From positions 1 to 51,349 of the forward strand of contig PUKR01000099.1 in assembly GCA_003552365.1 (NCBI GenBank): DNA of 51,349 nt, given 5' to 3'. A program made the position numbers and the translations under genes. This stretch comes from Syntrophomonadaceae bacterium (GTDB lineage: Bacteria; Bacillota; Dethiobacteria; DTU022). Shown piece by piece: positions 1-8,463 of the stretch (position 1 is its first letter; each line of letters opens with the position of its first letter). The notes under the pieces are model-generated. The model worked only from the letters and a program-made list of their open reading frames with translations, did not search any database and was not told where the DNA came from.

Positions 1-787
1 GTTTTTCGCTTAAGACCCTTTCAGTTACATCACGGGCTATTCCCTCTATGGCCAGTAACTTTCCGTCTTCATCGTAAACCGGCACGTTACGTTGCTCGAT
101 CCAGACTACCGAACCTTCTTTATGTAACCATCGCAGGACTATTGGTTCCGATCCTTTAATCTCGTTGTTTGAAATAGCTTCCAAAAGCTGATAATCATCG
201 GGATGCACTATTTCAAAAGCGAGGTTTGGATTCTTATAATGTTCTTCCGGGGTATAGCCGATCAATTCTTTTGAAGAAGGACTGACATATTCAAAACATC
301 TCTCCGGGTAAAAACGAACCCGGTAAACCAGGTCCTGGGCATTTTCAGCCAGGAGGCGAAAACGGGCTTCACTTTCCCTAAGAGCATCCTGGGCTCTCCT
401 TTTTTCCGCCCGCACCTCTGCATCGTGGAGGGCTCTCTCAACAACCGGGACTAGACGGTTAAGGTTGTCTTTCATCATATAATCATGAGCACCGGCTTTC
501 ATGGCGGCTACAGCTACCTCTTCTCCGATAACGCTGGAAACAATGATTAAAGGCACTTCTTTGCCACTGCTGTTAAGTACAGTGAGCGCTTCCGGGGCGC
601 TAAACCGGGGCAGGCCATGATCGGCAAGGACCAGGTCCCATTCTCTATCTTGAAGCGCTTCAGATAAAGCACCCGCTGTTTCAACCCGGATATATTCAAT
701 TTCATAACCGGCGCTTTCAAGCTTATGTACCAGTAATATAGTATCGTCTTCTGAGTCTTCCACAATAATCAAGCGCAGTGGCTTCAT
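1..787 (-). CDS. response regulator receiver + PAS sensor protein (3' end lies outside window)
   Basis: I translated the minus strand by hand from the ATG at 785-787 (GGAGG upstream). It reads MKPLRLIIVEDSEDDTILLVHKLESAGYEIEY...DLVLADHGLPRF...PLIIVSS, a CheY-like receiver. A helical linker and a PAS-like segment follow (LVYRVRFYPERCFEYVSPSSKELIGYTPEE...WLHKEGSVVWIEQRNVPVYDEDGKLLAIEGIARDVTERV). The frame stays open to position 1, so the gene is truncated and absent from the ORF track. Confidence 0.8.
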   Translation of the reverse strand, partial: MKPLRLIIVEDSEDDTILLVHKLESAGYEIEYIRVETAGALSEALQDREWDLVLADHGLPRFSAPEALTVLNSSGKEVPLIIVSSVIGEEVAVAAMKAGAHDYMMKDNLNRLVPVVERALHDAEVRAEKRRAQDALRESEARFRLLAENAQDLVYRVRFYPERCFEYVSPSSKELIGYTPEEHYKNPNLAFEIVHPDDYQLLEAISNNEIKGSEPIVLRWLHKEGSVVWIEQRNVPVYDEDGKLLAIEGIARDVTERVLSEK

Positions 788-1093
788 TTTAGAACCTCCG
801 TGCTGCTAGCAAATCCGGTTCAACTTCTGTTAGCTATCAAATAAATGGTGCCTGCTCAGCTATGTTAAATTATGGACCGGTGCCCGTCCATCGCAGGCAA
901 TTACGGAGACGTAGCTGCCGGCATTTGCTTTGGTTACAAATTGAGCATTTCCATCCATGGTCCAGGCCACGGCAGCCTGCCGTGTTCACTGGAAAACAGC
1001 CTGAGCAATCAATATCAACAGGGCAAAGCAGAACCTTCCAAAACCTTCCTACAATTTAATATCGTCATAATGAAAAAATAATAAAGTGAGTGC

Positions 1094-1735
1094 TCAAAGT
1101 TTTAAACAGATTAACCTGTTTTCAATTAACAAATCTTTGAAATTGAAATGGCGCTTGATTAATTCCAGGGTTTTCCGGTGATAAAAAAATACATGGGTGG
1201 GATCATTTTTATAGTACCAGCTATTAAAATCGATACTTTCATCATAAAGGACAGTCATGCAGTAAAGAGAACCGCCGGGTAACAAAAGAGAGCGAAGGAA
1301 GGAGAAATTTTTCGAAGGAGAGCGAAAGTGTTCAATTACTTCACAGCAAATAATAAAATTATATTTTTCTTGTAAAACTCCATGATCGGGCCAGTAAAAC
1401 GGATCATACTTTTTAATCTTCTTGTAACCGCTTTCTTCAAGAAGTACGGCAGCAACAGGCCCGGGGCCGGCACCATAATCCAGGCCTTTGTCATTTTGAT
1501 TGCATTCCGTTTTAACCTTTTCCACCAGGGGTTTGACAAATTTTTGGTAACCGGGATCGTTCACATCATTATTATGCTGATCGTAGCGTATTTTTTCAGC
1601 ATCACAGGTAAGGTGCCCGGCCGGGTCCATAAACACCGACTGACAATTATGGCAGTGATAATAAGTTTTACCGCGAAAAGCAGTTAAATACCCGGCTTCG
1701 GTTTCACACAAGTTACATTTTAATTTAAAAGACAA
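1094..1735 (-). CDS. class I SAM-dependent methyltransferase with N-terminal Cys4 zinc-ribbon
   Basis: 213-aa ORF. It has CNLC...CHNC at the N-terminus, the glycine-rich SAM motif LDYGAGPGP, and CCEVIEH (motif II/III-like). The start codon is TTG with a weak SD. Confidence 0.7.
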   Translation of the reverse strand: MSFKLKCNLCETEAGYLTAFRGKTYYHCHNCQSVFMDPAGHLTCDAEKIRYDQHNNDVNDPGYQKFVKPLVEKVKTECNQNDKGLDYGAGPGPVAAVLLEESGYKKIKKYDPFYWPDHGVLQEKYNFIICCEVIEHFRSPSKNFSFLRSLLLPGGSLYCMTVLYDESIDFNSWYYKNDPTHVFFYHRKTLELIKRHFNFKDLLIENRLICLKL

Positions 1736-1758
1736 TGAACCGGAACCAGCCTCTCATC

Positions 1759-3642
1759 TTAAGAAACATCCTGTTCAATAGATTTCAGTTTCCTGTACAG
1801 GGTAGCCCTGCTGATACCAAGAGCGGAAGCAGCTTTTTCCTTTCCCCAGGTTGAATTACCATATTTTTGGAGGGCAGCCTTAATCGCCTTTCTTTCCAGG
1901 GAAAACAAATCTTCTATGCCGCTAGTATCGCTGCTGCTGTAATACCTGCTGATCTTATCTGGCAAACTGTTTCTGCTTATTTTAAAACCTGATTCAATAT
2001 TCACAGCATACTCAATGGCGTTTTCCAACTCCCGAACGTTCCCCGGCCAGGGATAAGCTAACAAAGCTTCCCTGGCCTCCTCTTTATAGCCGTTTATTTT
2101 CTTGTTAAGCCTCTTCCCATAGTAATCCAGGAAATGGTGCATTAGAAGCAAAATATCGTCTTTTCGTTCTCGCAAAACAGGAAGGGTAAAGGGGATCACA
2201 TTAATCCGGTAATACAAGTCTTCCCTGAACTTCCCTTCCTTGATTAAATCTTCGAGATCGCGGTTGGTAGCAGCAATAATCCTAACATCTACATCGCGAA
2301 AAGAGACCCCGCCAATCCGGGCAATACTCTTATTCTCTATAACATGTAGCAACTTAACCTGAAAATCAAGGGGCATATCACCTATTTCATCAAGAAAAAT
2401 CGTCCCACCATGGGCAAGTTCAAATTTACCCGGCTTGCCGCCTTTTTTCGCCCCGGTAAAAGCTCCTTCCTCATAACCGAAAAGTTCTGACTCCAGCAGG
2501 GGAGCCGGTATGGCTGCACAACTAATCGATACAAACTGGTTTTTCCGGCGCGGACTTTCTTCATGAATGGCCCTGGCAAAAATACTTTTTCCGGTTCCGG
2601 TTTCTCCTCTGATTAATACTGTGGAGTCGGTCGGAGCAATTAATCTCATCTTTTCTTTTACTTCGTTGATTTCCTTGCTGGTACCTATGATCCCGGAAAA
2701 AGTACATTTCTTATTTTCCTGCATAATCCTGGTGGCCATTTCTTCTACTTCTTCTTTCAAGCGAAAAGATAAAACCGCGCCCGAAACCAGCTCTTCTTCA
2801 TGCATCAGGGTTACATTGTAAAACAGGTTCATCGTTTTATTATCAGGCCCGGTATAGCTCAGTTCATTAACATAATACAAATCATCGCTTTCATCAACTT
2901 CCCTGCTGAACACATCTTCCAAATTGAAGTCAGGAAATAGATCATTGATGTGAATGCCGGTCTTTATGTTGCGATCCAAATTCAACAGTTCTTCAGCCGC
3001 CCGGTTAATATTGGTAATATCGCCTTGCTCATTAATAGCTATAACTCCTTCATAAATGGAGTTGATTACATCTTTAAACTGGTTCATTAAACTGGTGACT
3101 TTTGACTCCATCCTTTTTTCATTCAAGGAAATCAAGATGATATCACACAGCTTATTAAGAAATTCCTGCATTTTCTCATAGTGGTTTAGAAGTTTGCGCC
3201 GATGCTGCTCGGTTAAGGCAAGCAGGGAGATAGTCCCCACCTTTTCCCCCTCATAAGCGATAGGACACATCAAGAAAGCCAGGACCTCGCAGTGCGAAGA
3301 ATACTCACATTCAGCACAACATACCGCATATGCGGTATTTTCTACCAAAATTGATTCGCTGCCGGATGAAGATAATATTTTATGGGTCATACAACCTTCG
3401 TCATAGATCGCCCCGACTTCTTTTTCAAAATATCCGCTGCCGGCAATCACCTCAAGGTTGCTGCTAATTATGCCAATTTCAATATCAACCACCCCGGCAA
3501 AAGCGGCGGTAACTTTTTGTAAAAACTCCTGGGTACTTTTTAATTCCTTTAAATCTTTCAAATTAATGCCCCCTTTTATTAAGGGTAAAGCTGTGATATA
3601 AGCGGCTAAAATTGTCTTGCCGGCCTGACTGGTAATAATCAA
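1759..3642 (-). CDS. sigma-54-dependent transcriptional activator (sensor + PAS + AAA+ + Fis-type HTH)
   Basis: 627-aa ORF. It has Walker A GETGTGKS, the sigma-54 contact motif ESELFGYEEGAFTGA, Walker B FLDEIG, WPGNVRELEN, and a C-terminal HTH (ALGISRATLYRKLK). The N-terminal sensor is Cys-rich (CCAECEYSSHCEVLAFLMCP) and is followed by a PAS-like segment. The TTG start is uncertain. Confidence 0.9.
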   Translation of the reverse strand: MIITSQAGKTILAAYITALPLIKGGINLKDLKELKSTQEFLQKVTAAFAGVVDIEIGIISSNLEVIAGSGYFEKEVGAIYDEGCMTHKILSSSGSESILVENTAYAVCCAECEYSSHCEVLAFLMCPIAYEGEKVGTISLLALTEQHRRKLLNHYEKMQEFLNKLCDIILISLNEKRMESKVTSLMNQFKDVINSIYEGVIAINEQGDITNINRAAEELLNLDRNIKTGIHINDLFPDFNLEDVFSREVDESDDLYYVNELSYTGPDNKTMNLFYNVTLMHEEELVSGAVLSFRLKEEVEEMATRIMQENKKCTFSGIIGTSKEINEVKEKMRLIAPTDSTVLIRGETGTGKSIFARAIHEESPRRKNQFVSISCAAIPAPLLESELFGYEEGAFTGAKKGGKPGKFELAHGGTIFLDEIGDMPLDFQVKLLHVIENKSIARIGGVSFRDVDVRIIAATNRDLEDLIKEGKFREDLYYRINVIPFTLPVLRERKDDILLLMHHFLDYYGKRLNKKINGYKEEAREALLAYPWPGNVRELENAIEYAVNIESGFKISRNSLPDKISRYYSSSDTSGIEDLFSLERKAIKAALQKYGNSTWGKEKAASALGISRATLYRKLKSIEQDVS

Positions 3643-3692
3643 TAACCATTATTAACCGGCTACGGATCCTCACCGGTTAAATCAAACACGTT

Positions 3693-4181
3693 CTAAATAT
3701 ATACCACTTCATTGCCACAGTGTTCCAGGAATTTCTCAAAGCCCCGGTAAGAAAGGTTAATTGTGGCCGTATTAACGTTGGGGTGGAAATTTACTTTTTC
3801 CTCTTTTTTCAATTCCTTGTCAAGAACAACCGTGACCGCTTTTTTTTGGTCATTAAGCAGCCCAAACGGAGATACGGCTCCGGTTTCAAGTCCCAAATGT
3901 TCTTTCAAACGCCTTTCAGAAGCAAAGCTAAGTTTTCCGGCAGCTAATTTTGCCGACAAATCTTTAAGGTCTGCTGATTTAGCCTGTTCAAGCACTACCA
4001 AAAAGTGCCGGTTGCCCTTGTTGTTTCTTAAAAATAAATTCTTAGAGTGGACTCCATCAATATCACTCCAGTATTTTTTGGCCTCATCCACTGTATAAAC
4101 CGGCGGATGTTCGTAACGGACATACTCAATCCCCAGCTGATCCAGGGTGTCATATACTTTTTGTTCTGTCTCAGAAACCAT
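3693..4181 (-). CDS. YbaK/ProX-type aminoacyl-tRNA deacylase (prolyl-tRNA synthetase-associated domain)
   Basis: 162-aa ORF with SD GGGAGG. YEHPPVYTVDEA...HSKNLFLRNNKG..FLVV... and GAVSPFGL are typical of the YbaK/EbsC/ProX editing-domain family. Confidence 0.75.
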   Translation of the reverse strand: MVSETEQKVYDTLDQLGIEYVRYEHPPVYTVDEAKKYWSDIDGVHSKNLFLRNNKGNRHFLVVLEQAKSADLKDLSAKLAAGKLSFASERRLKEHLGLETGAVSPFGLLNDQKKAVTVVLDKELKKEEKVNFHPNVNTATINLSYRGFEKFLEHCGNEVVYI

Positions 4182-4214
4182 TAGCTGTTCCTCCCATTAT
4201 TTTAATAAAATAAT

Positions 4215-5426
4215 CTACTTCCAAACCATATCAGCAAGCTCAAGCGATTCCAGGTAATAAGACATAACCTCAACTTCGTCAAGCCCATATTTATCAGAAG
4301 CAATAGCAAAAGCATTTTCCCAGTTTCCTTTTTCATAAAGTAAAACCATATCCAGGATATCTCTAAAGGCACCGGGTTCCCCGCTTAGAGCGTCTTTGAT
4401 TTCCTCTGCCAGGGGCAGCTCTGACAAAACGCTTTCCATCGGTTGATCCAAAAAAGTATCTAGCAGGGAAAACATCCCGGTTAAAAAAAGGTCGGCGCTG
4501 CGATCATGCAGATCGGTTGCCCTGGCCATTGATTCACAGAACTTAGCCCTGGCTACAGCAGTTACCATCAGTTCATCGGGTTTATCATAACCGACATTAC
4601 GCAGGGCAACCAAAGAAGCCCATTTAATCATTTCTTTTTGACCCAGCAGGGCCATGGCCTGGCGAATAGAACGAATCGGGAAGCGGAGCGGAAAAGCGAC
4701 AGAATTTATAAACCGCAATAATTTATAAGATAGGGACGGGTCTTGTTTAATTAAAGTTTCCACCTGGTCAAAATCCATATCCGGTTTATATATTTCCTGC
4801 AGCAAACGGAGGTTTTGTAATTTAGCCCCCGGGACTTCTTTACCGGTTATTACGGTGGGCTCGCAGAAAAAAAAGCCCTGAAAGAAATCATAACCATTTG
4901 CCATGGCATCCCCGTAATCTTTAACATTCTCCACTTTTTCAGCAATCAGCTTCACCTTGCTGTTTTTAAAGTAATTAACAATTTCTTCACGTTCCCGGGC
5001 CTCAGTTTCCTGGTAATCCACTTTAATAAAGTCGGCAATATCCACTAATTTTGTTGTTTCCGAACTGTGCACGTAGTCATCAAGGATAATCATGTACCCT
5101 TTTTTCTTAAGGGCCAAACAAGCTTGACAAGTTTCTTGTTCAAACCCATAATCCCGGGCTATTTCAATTGCGATCAAATCCCTGGGCAAAAGCAACGCTG
5201 TTTCATTCTTAATCAGCTGCTCGCTAAAGTTAATAAATGCCCTTTTTCGCCTGGTTAATTTATCCAGACCAAGATTTAAAAAACTATTAACAATGACCTC
5301 AGAAGTAGCCAGATCTCCGTCCGTGGTAGGATTGTAATTATGAGAGCCGGTTCGGTACAGTAATTCATAGGCATATACCTTTTGCCGTCGATCAAATATT
5401 GGTTGCCTGGCCACAAATACTTCCAA
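4215..5426 (-). CDS. EAL-domain + HDOD-domain protein (c-di-GMP-related signalling)
   Basis: 403-aa ORF, TTG start with SD GAGGAGG. The N-terminus VARQPIFDRRQKVYAYELLYR plus INFS, IKVD, AEKVE and FFQGFFF fit an EAL fold. The C-terminal half (SLSYKLLRFINS...LGQKEMIKWASLVAL) is HDOD-like. Confidence 0.8.
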   Translation of the reverse strand: MEVFVARQPIFDRRQKVYAYELLYRTGSHNYNPTTDGDLATSEVIVNSFLNLGLDKLTRRKRAFINFSEQLIKNETALLLPRDLIAIEIARDYGFEQETCQACLALKKKGYMIILDDYVHSSETTKLVDIADFIKVDYQETEAREREEIVNYFKNSKVKLIAEKVENVKDYGDAMANGYDFFQGFFFCEPTVITGKEVPGAKLQNLRLLQEIYKPDMDFDQVETLIKQDPSLSYKLLRFINSVAFPLRFPIRSIRQAMALLGQKEMIKWASLVALRNVGYDKPDELMVTAVARAKFCESMARATDLHDRSADLFLTGMFSLLDTFLDQPMESVLSELPLAEEIKDALSGEPGAFRDILDMVLLYEKGNWENAFAIASDKYGLDEVEVMSYYLESLELADMVWK

Positions 5427-5700
5427 ACCTAATCCTCCTCTACCATAAAACTTGCCTTATTTCGATTGGTCAATTTCACCTAATAGTTCGTCAGAAACCC
5501 GGAAATTCCTTTATAATAAGCTTAATTCAACATTTTCATAAACCGGTTAATTCTTTCCACCTAAACTTAGAGTCTCTGCTCAGCCAAGCTGCATTCTAGA
5601 CCGTTGCCGGTTCGTCGCCGGCAAAGGCGACAATAAAATCGAGCATTAAAAATCATTACAATATCAGCAGGTTATCAACCAATGGTTCGCTAAAAATAAT

Positions 5701-5991
5701 TTAAACACCACCGCGACGATCTGCTTCCATAATAAAAGCATAAATTGCCGCAACTGCTTCATAAAGTTCACGGGGCACTTCTTCACCGAGTTGAAGATTA
5801 CTCAGCACTTTAACCAGGGCAGTATCTTCGACTATGGGGATACTGTTTTCACTGGCCAGCTTGATAATATTGTCTGCAAGCCAGCCACGACCGCTGGCTG
5901 AAACACTGGGCGCTTCATTTTTTCCCGGGTCATATTTTAGGGCAACCGCCCGGCGTATTTCATTGATAGTTTTCTTGTGATTATCTTCCAA
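5701..5991 (-). CDS. FlhB C-terminal-domain-like protein (EscU/YscU/HrcU-family stand-alone domain, YlqH-like)
   Basis: AVALKYDPGKNEAPSVSASGRGWLADNIIKLASENSIPIVEDTALVKVLSNLQLGEEVPRELYEAVAAIYAFI matches the post-NPTH part of FlhB (compare the window's own FlhB: VVAKGVEVLAQKIREIAGENEVPVVENPPVARVLW...IPMELYQAVAEIMALVY). I set the start at TTG 5989-5991, 8 nt after SD AAAGGAG. The ORF track extends to 6075. Confidence 0.8.
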   Translation of the reverse strand: MEDNHKKTINEIRRAVALKYDPGKNEAPSVSASGRGWLADNIIKLASENSIPIVEDTALVKVLSNLQLGEEVPRELYEAVAAIYAFIMEADRRGGV

Positions 5992-6004
5992 GTAAGATGC
6001 TCCT

Positions 6005-6718
6005 TTAAGCCCTGGCATTAAGACCAAATCCACCCTGGTGGAGTATTTCCACCGCTTTTTTCCGCAAGTTGCCAACCGACCACTGCAGGGGGACAGCCGT
6101 ATTATTATCTTCTCCTCCGGCCTCTTTAACCAGGCGCCTTGCTTCTTTTTCTAACGCTTTCCCCGCCTTTTGCGATTCTACCACGAACCGGCATTCCAGC
6201 CTTTTACCTGCATAGCTATAAAAGTAAACCAGCACCAGCCCAAAATTTTCTGTGTCTAAAAACAGCTCCATCAGCGGGTCCGGCTGGGCATGTGACCTTT
6301 CACGTTTATTTCGGGGAGGAATAAACCGAACCAGGGCAGGCGACGACCGGTATCTATTTGCTGCTCCGGGGAAAAGGCCAAACAGCAGTGGTTCGCTGAA
6401 ATCGGCCCGGTTGATAAAAGCGTTACTTTCTGTTGTGGCAGACCCCGGCAAACGAGCCATGATCCGGTAATGAGGCCGTCCCTCTTTTGTCCCATTATAG
6501 TTTAAAAGCAGTGTTTCTCCGGGAACTACCCTGGCATTTAAATGAGCCGTAAAATTTCCTCCCTCCCAGCGCAGCACAGCGGCATCACCTTTGAGGGCAG
6601 TAACTTTGGCTACCAGCGATTCGGGCATTTTTGAACGGCCCTGTCCGGTAGATTTACCAGCAGTTAATTGTTTCAGCACCGGATCCTGAAATATTGCACT
6701 TAAAATTCTGCTATCCAA
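6005..6718 (-). CDS. hypothetical protein with weak FliK C-terminal (Flg_hook)-like segment
   Basis: 237-aa ORF, TTG start 6 nt after SD GAGGAGAG. The segment MELFLDTENFGLVLVYFYSYAGKRLECRFVVESQKAGKALEKEARRLVKEA aligns without gaps to the window's FliK segment MRMTLHPPELGELTIRVFSRQGQLSASILTESPMVREILEGSIAELRQRL. The pattern of L, G, S, G, ES, LE and L residues is shared. Confidence 0.45.
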   Translation of the reverse strand: MDSRILSAIFQDPVLKQLTAGKSTGQGRSKMPESLVAKVTALKGDAAVLRWEGGNFTAHLNARVVPGETLLLNYNGTKEGRPHYRIMARLPGSATTESNAFINRADFSEPLLFGLFPGAANRYRSSPALVRFIPPRNKRERSHAQPDPLMELFLDTENFGLVLVYFYSYAGKRLECRFVVESQKAGKALEKEARRLVKEAGGEDNNTAVPLQWSVGNLRKKAVEILHQGGFGLNARA

Positions 6719-6764
6719 ATTGTTCTCTCCTCAAGGCAACCCAACCCTTATAAGATATAAGGAT

Positions 6765-7589
6765 TTAGTATACTGTTATCTCCAGGAGATAAAGCAGGGA
6801 GCTTACCACCTGGTGGTGAAAATCGATCCTTTCCTCCATGGGCATTTTCGTTACTGTCTCCACAATCAATGCTTCATATCCGCTTGCGTTAACAGCATTA
6901 ATTAATGTTCCCGTGGTTCCGCCACGCAAGATAAGAAAATGATGCTCCTCGTTAATTATGGTCCTGTTAACCGCCGTTTTTAATTCCTGCACTATGTCCA
7001 GGGAATCCGCACCGCGGGGGTAAATGAAGGTTTGTCCCAGAGAACCGGGCACTTTCCTCTCAAAATTTGAGGCTTCGTGAAGGTCGATTACCCAGTCAGG
7101 TTCAAATTCTTGAATAACTGAAAAGATAACTGAAGCCATCACCTCAGTTCCTACCCCGTTGGCATTACCCGGAAAAGAACGGTTTAAATCAAGGCCATCC
7201 TGCGGGGCGCTCCTGGTTCTTTCAGCTATCGCAGGTTCATTAGCTCTTGGCAACAGCAGCAGAGTGCCCCGATCAATAGCCCAGCTGGTCATTTCACTCA
7301 CTGCTTTAAAGCCTGCCGGTTCATTGCCATGAATGCCGCCGATAACCATAACTGTAGGGCCTTCATTCGGGGAAGAAATCTTGTAAAGAAGCGTTTCCCA
7401 CTCTGTAGTTTCCCGCAACACCCTTTCATTCCGGACAGCTGTTATTTCAGTTGCGGTTCCAACATTATTCCCTTCATGACCTTGTCGAAAGCGCGGTGAC
7501 GTGTTTGATATCTCCCCGGTTATCGTCAACAGAAAGATTGCAAGGGCAAGTAAATATACAATTGCTGACAGCCTGTGTTTTCCGAACAT
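6765..7589 (-). CDS. secreted/membrane-anchored zinc peptidase of the M14-like succinylglutamate desuccinylase/aspartoacylase (AstE/AspA) family
   Basis: 274-aa ORF with SD GGAGGG. It has an N-terminal hydrophobic signal/anchor (LSAIVYLLALAIFLL), the HxxE zinc motif VIGGIHGNEPAG, and a later VIDLHEA. Confidence 0.7.
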   Translation of the reverse strand: MFGKHRLSAIVYLLALAIFLLTITGEISNTSPRFRQGHEGNNVGTATEITAVRNERVLRETTEWETLLYKISSPNEGPTVMVIGGIHGNEPAGFKAVSEMTSWAIDRGTLLLLPRANEPAIAERTRSAPQDGLDLNRSFPGNANGVGTEVMASVIFSVIQEFEPDWVIDLHEASNFERKVPGSLGQTFIYPRGADSLDIVQELKTAVNRTIINEEHHFLILRGGTTGTLINAVNASGYEALIVETVTKMPMEERIDFHHQVVSSLLYLLEITVY

Positions 7590-7638
7590 AATAACCCTCC
7601 ACTGTCATTATCGGCAGCTTTGAGAAGATTTACAGGCC

Positions 7639-8427
7639 TTATTTAAGTTTTTTGTAAATTGAAGGGATCACCCTTTCCAATTGATAGCGTTCAGGTTTAT
7701 TAATAAATTCGGCACATCCGATTATTAAATAACCACCCGGTGAAATCTTTTTTGAAACCTCTTCTACAATCCATTCCTGGACATCAATTTTAAAGTAGAT
7801 AAAAACATTGCGGCAAAGGATCATTTGCATCGAGGGCATATTATCATAAATCGGCGCCAAAAGGTTATGCTTTTTAAAAGTAACTGCCTTTTTATAAGCC
7901 GGAGCAAGGTAGTAAAATCCATTTTTTTGCTCGAACGCAGATTTCAAAAGCTCCGGGGGAACTTTTTCGAGTTGGTTTAGATTGTACCTGGCTTCACGGG
8001 CCATCTCCAGGGCTTTATCATCGATATCGCTGGCAGTGATTTCCGCACGGTGCAGTGAAGAAAGCTGATCAAGAATTAGAGCTATGGTATAAGGCTCTTC
8101 CCCGTGGGAACAACCCATACTCCATATTTTAAGGCGATTGAATTTATTTAACAGATCAACCATGGCGCTGTTTTGAAGGTAATCATAAATTTTTGTATCG
8201 CGGAAAAAAATAGAGGTGTTGATTGTTAAATAATTATAGAATTTATGCAGCAGCTCGTTACTTGATTTTAGTGCTTTAAAAAATGAATGAAGGCCGTCAT
8301 ATCCCTCACGGTTAACCAGCTGGCCGATCCTTCTTTCCATCTGCTTATCTTTATACCGGTCCAGGTCAAGCCCGGTAAACTCATAGAATTCTTTTTTGAA
8401 CTGGACAAAGTCCCAGTCTTTCTTCAC
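7639..8427 (-). CDS. cheR: chemotaxis protein methyltransferase CheR
   Basis: 262-aa ORF, GTG start after AAGGAGAGG. It has TSIFFRD, the SAM motif IWSMGCSHGEEPYTIA, and CRNVFIYF. Confidence 0.93.
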   Translation of the reverse strand: MKKDWDFVQFKKEFYEFTGLDLDRYKDKQMERRIGQLVNREGYDGLHSFFKALKSSNELLHKFYNYLTINTSIFFRDTKIYDYLQNSAMVDLLNKFNRLKIWSMGCSHGEEPYTIALILDQLSSLHRAEITASDIDDKALEMAREARYNLNQLEKVPPELLKSAFEQKNGFYYLAPAYKKAVTFKKHNLLAPIYDNMPSMQMILCRNVFIYFKIDVQEWIVEEVSKKISPGGYLIIGCAEFINKPERYQLERVIPSIYKKLK

Positions 8428-8463
8428 TCGGTTTCCTCTCCTTTCAAATCCTTTAACCAGTTT

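Noticed and set aside
860-1081. Small ORFs in the 788-1093 intergenic region: plus-strand 862-1059 and 872-1081, and a 32-aa minus-strand ORF at 860-958 (MDGNAQFVTKANAGSYVSVIACDGRAPVHNLT).
   Set aside because: They are short and mutually overlapping, have no SD, and have no recognisable family. The region more likely holds the promoter and leader of the receiver-PAS gene. A gene remnant cannot be excluded.
3652-3680. Inverted repeat TTAACCGG-N13-CCGGTTAA between the YbaK-type gene and the sigma-54 activator gene.
   Set aside because: The stem is 8 bp with a 13-nt loop and no U-run on the transcribed strand. I cannot tell a weak terminator from an operator or from coincidence.
5604-5624. Hairpin TTGCCGG-N7-CCGGCAA (alternative pairing GTCGCC/GGCGAC) downstream of the FlhB-C-like gene.
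   Set aside because: The stem is short and no U-tract follows on the minus strand, so I do not call it a terminator.
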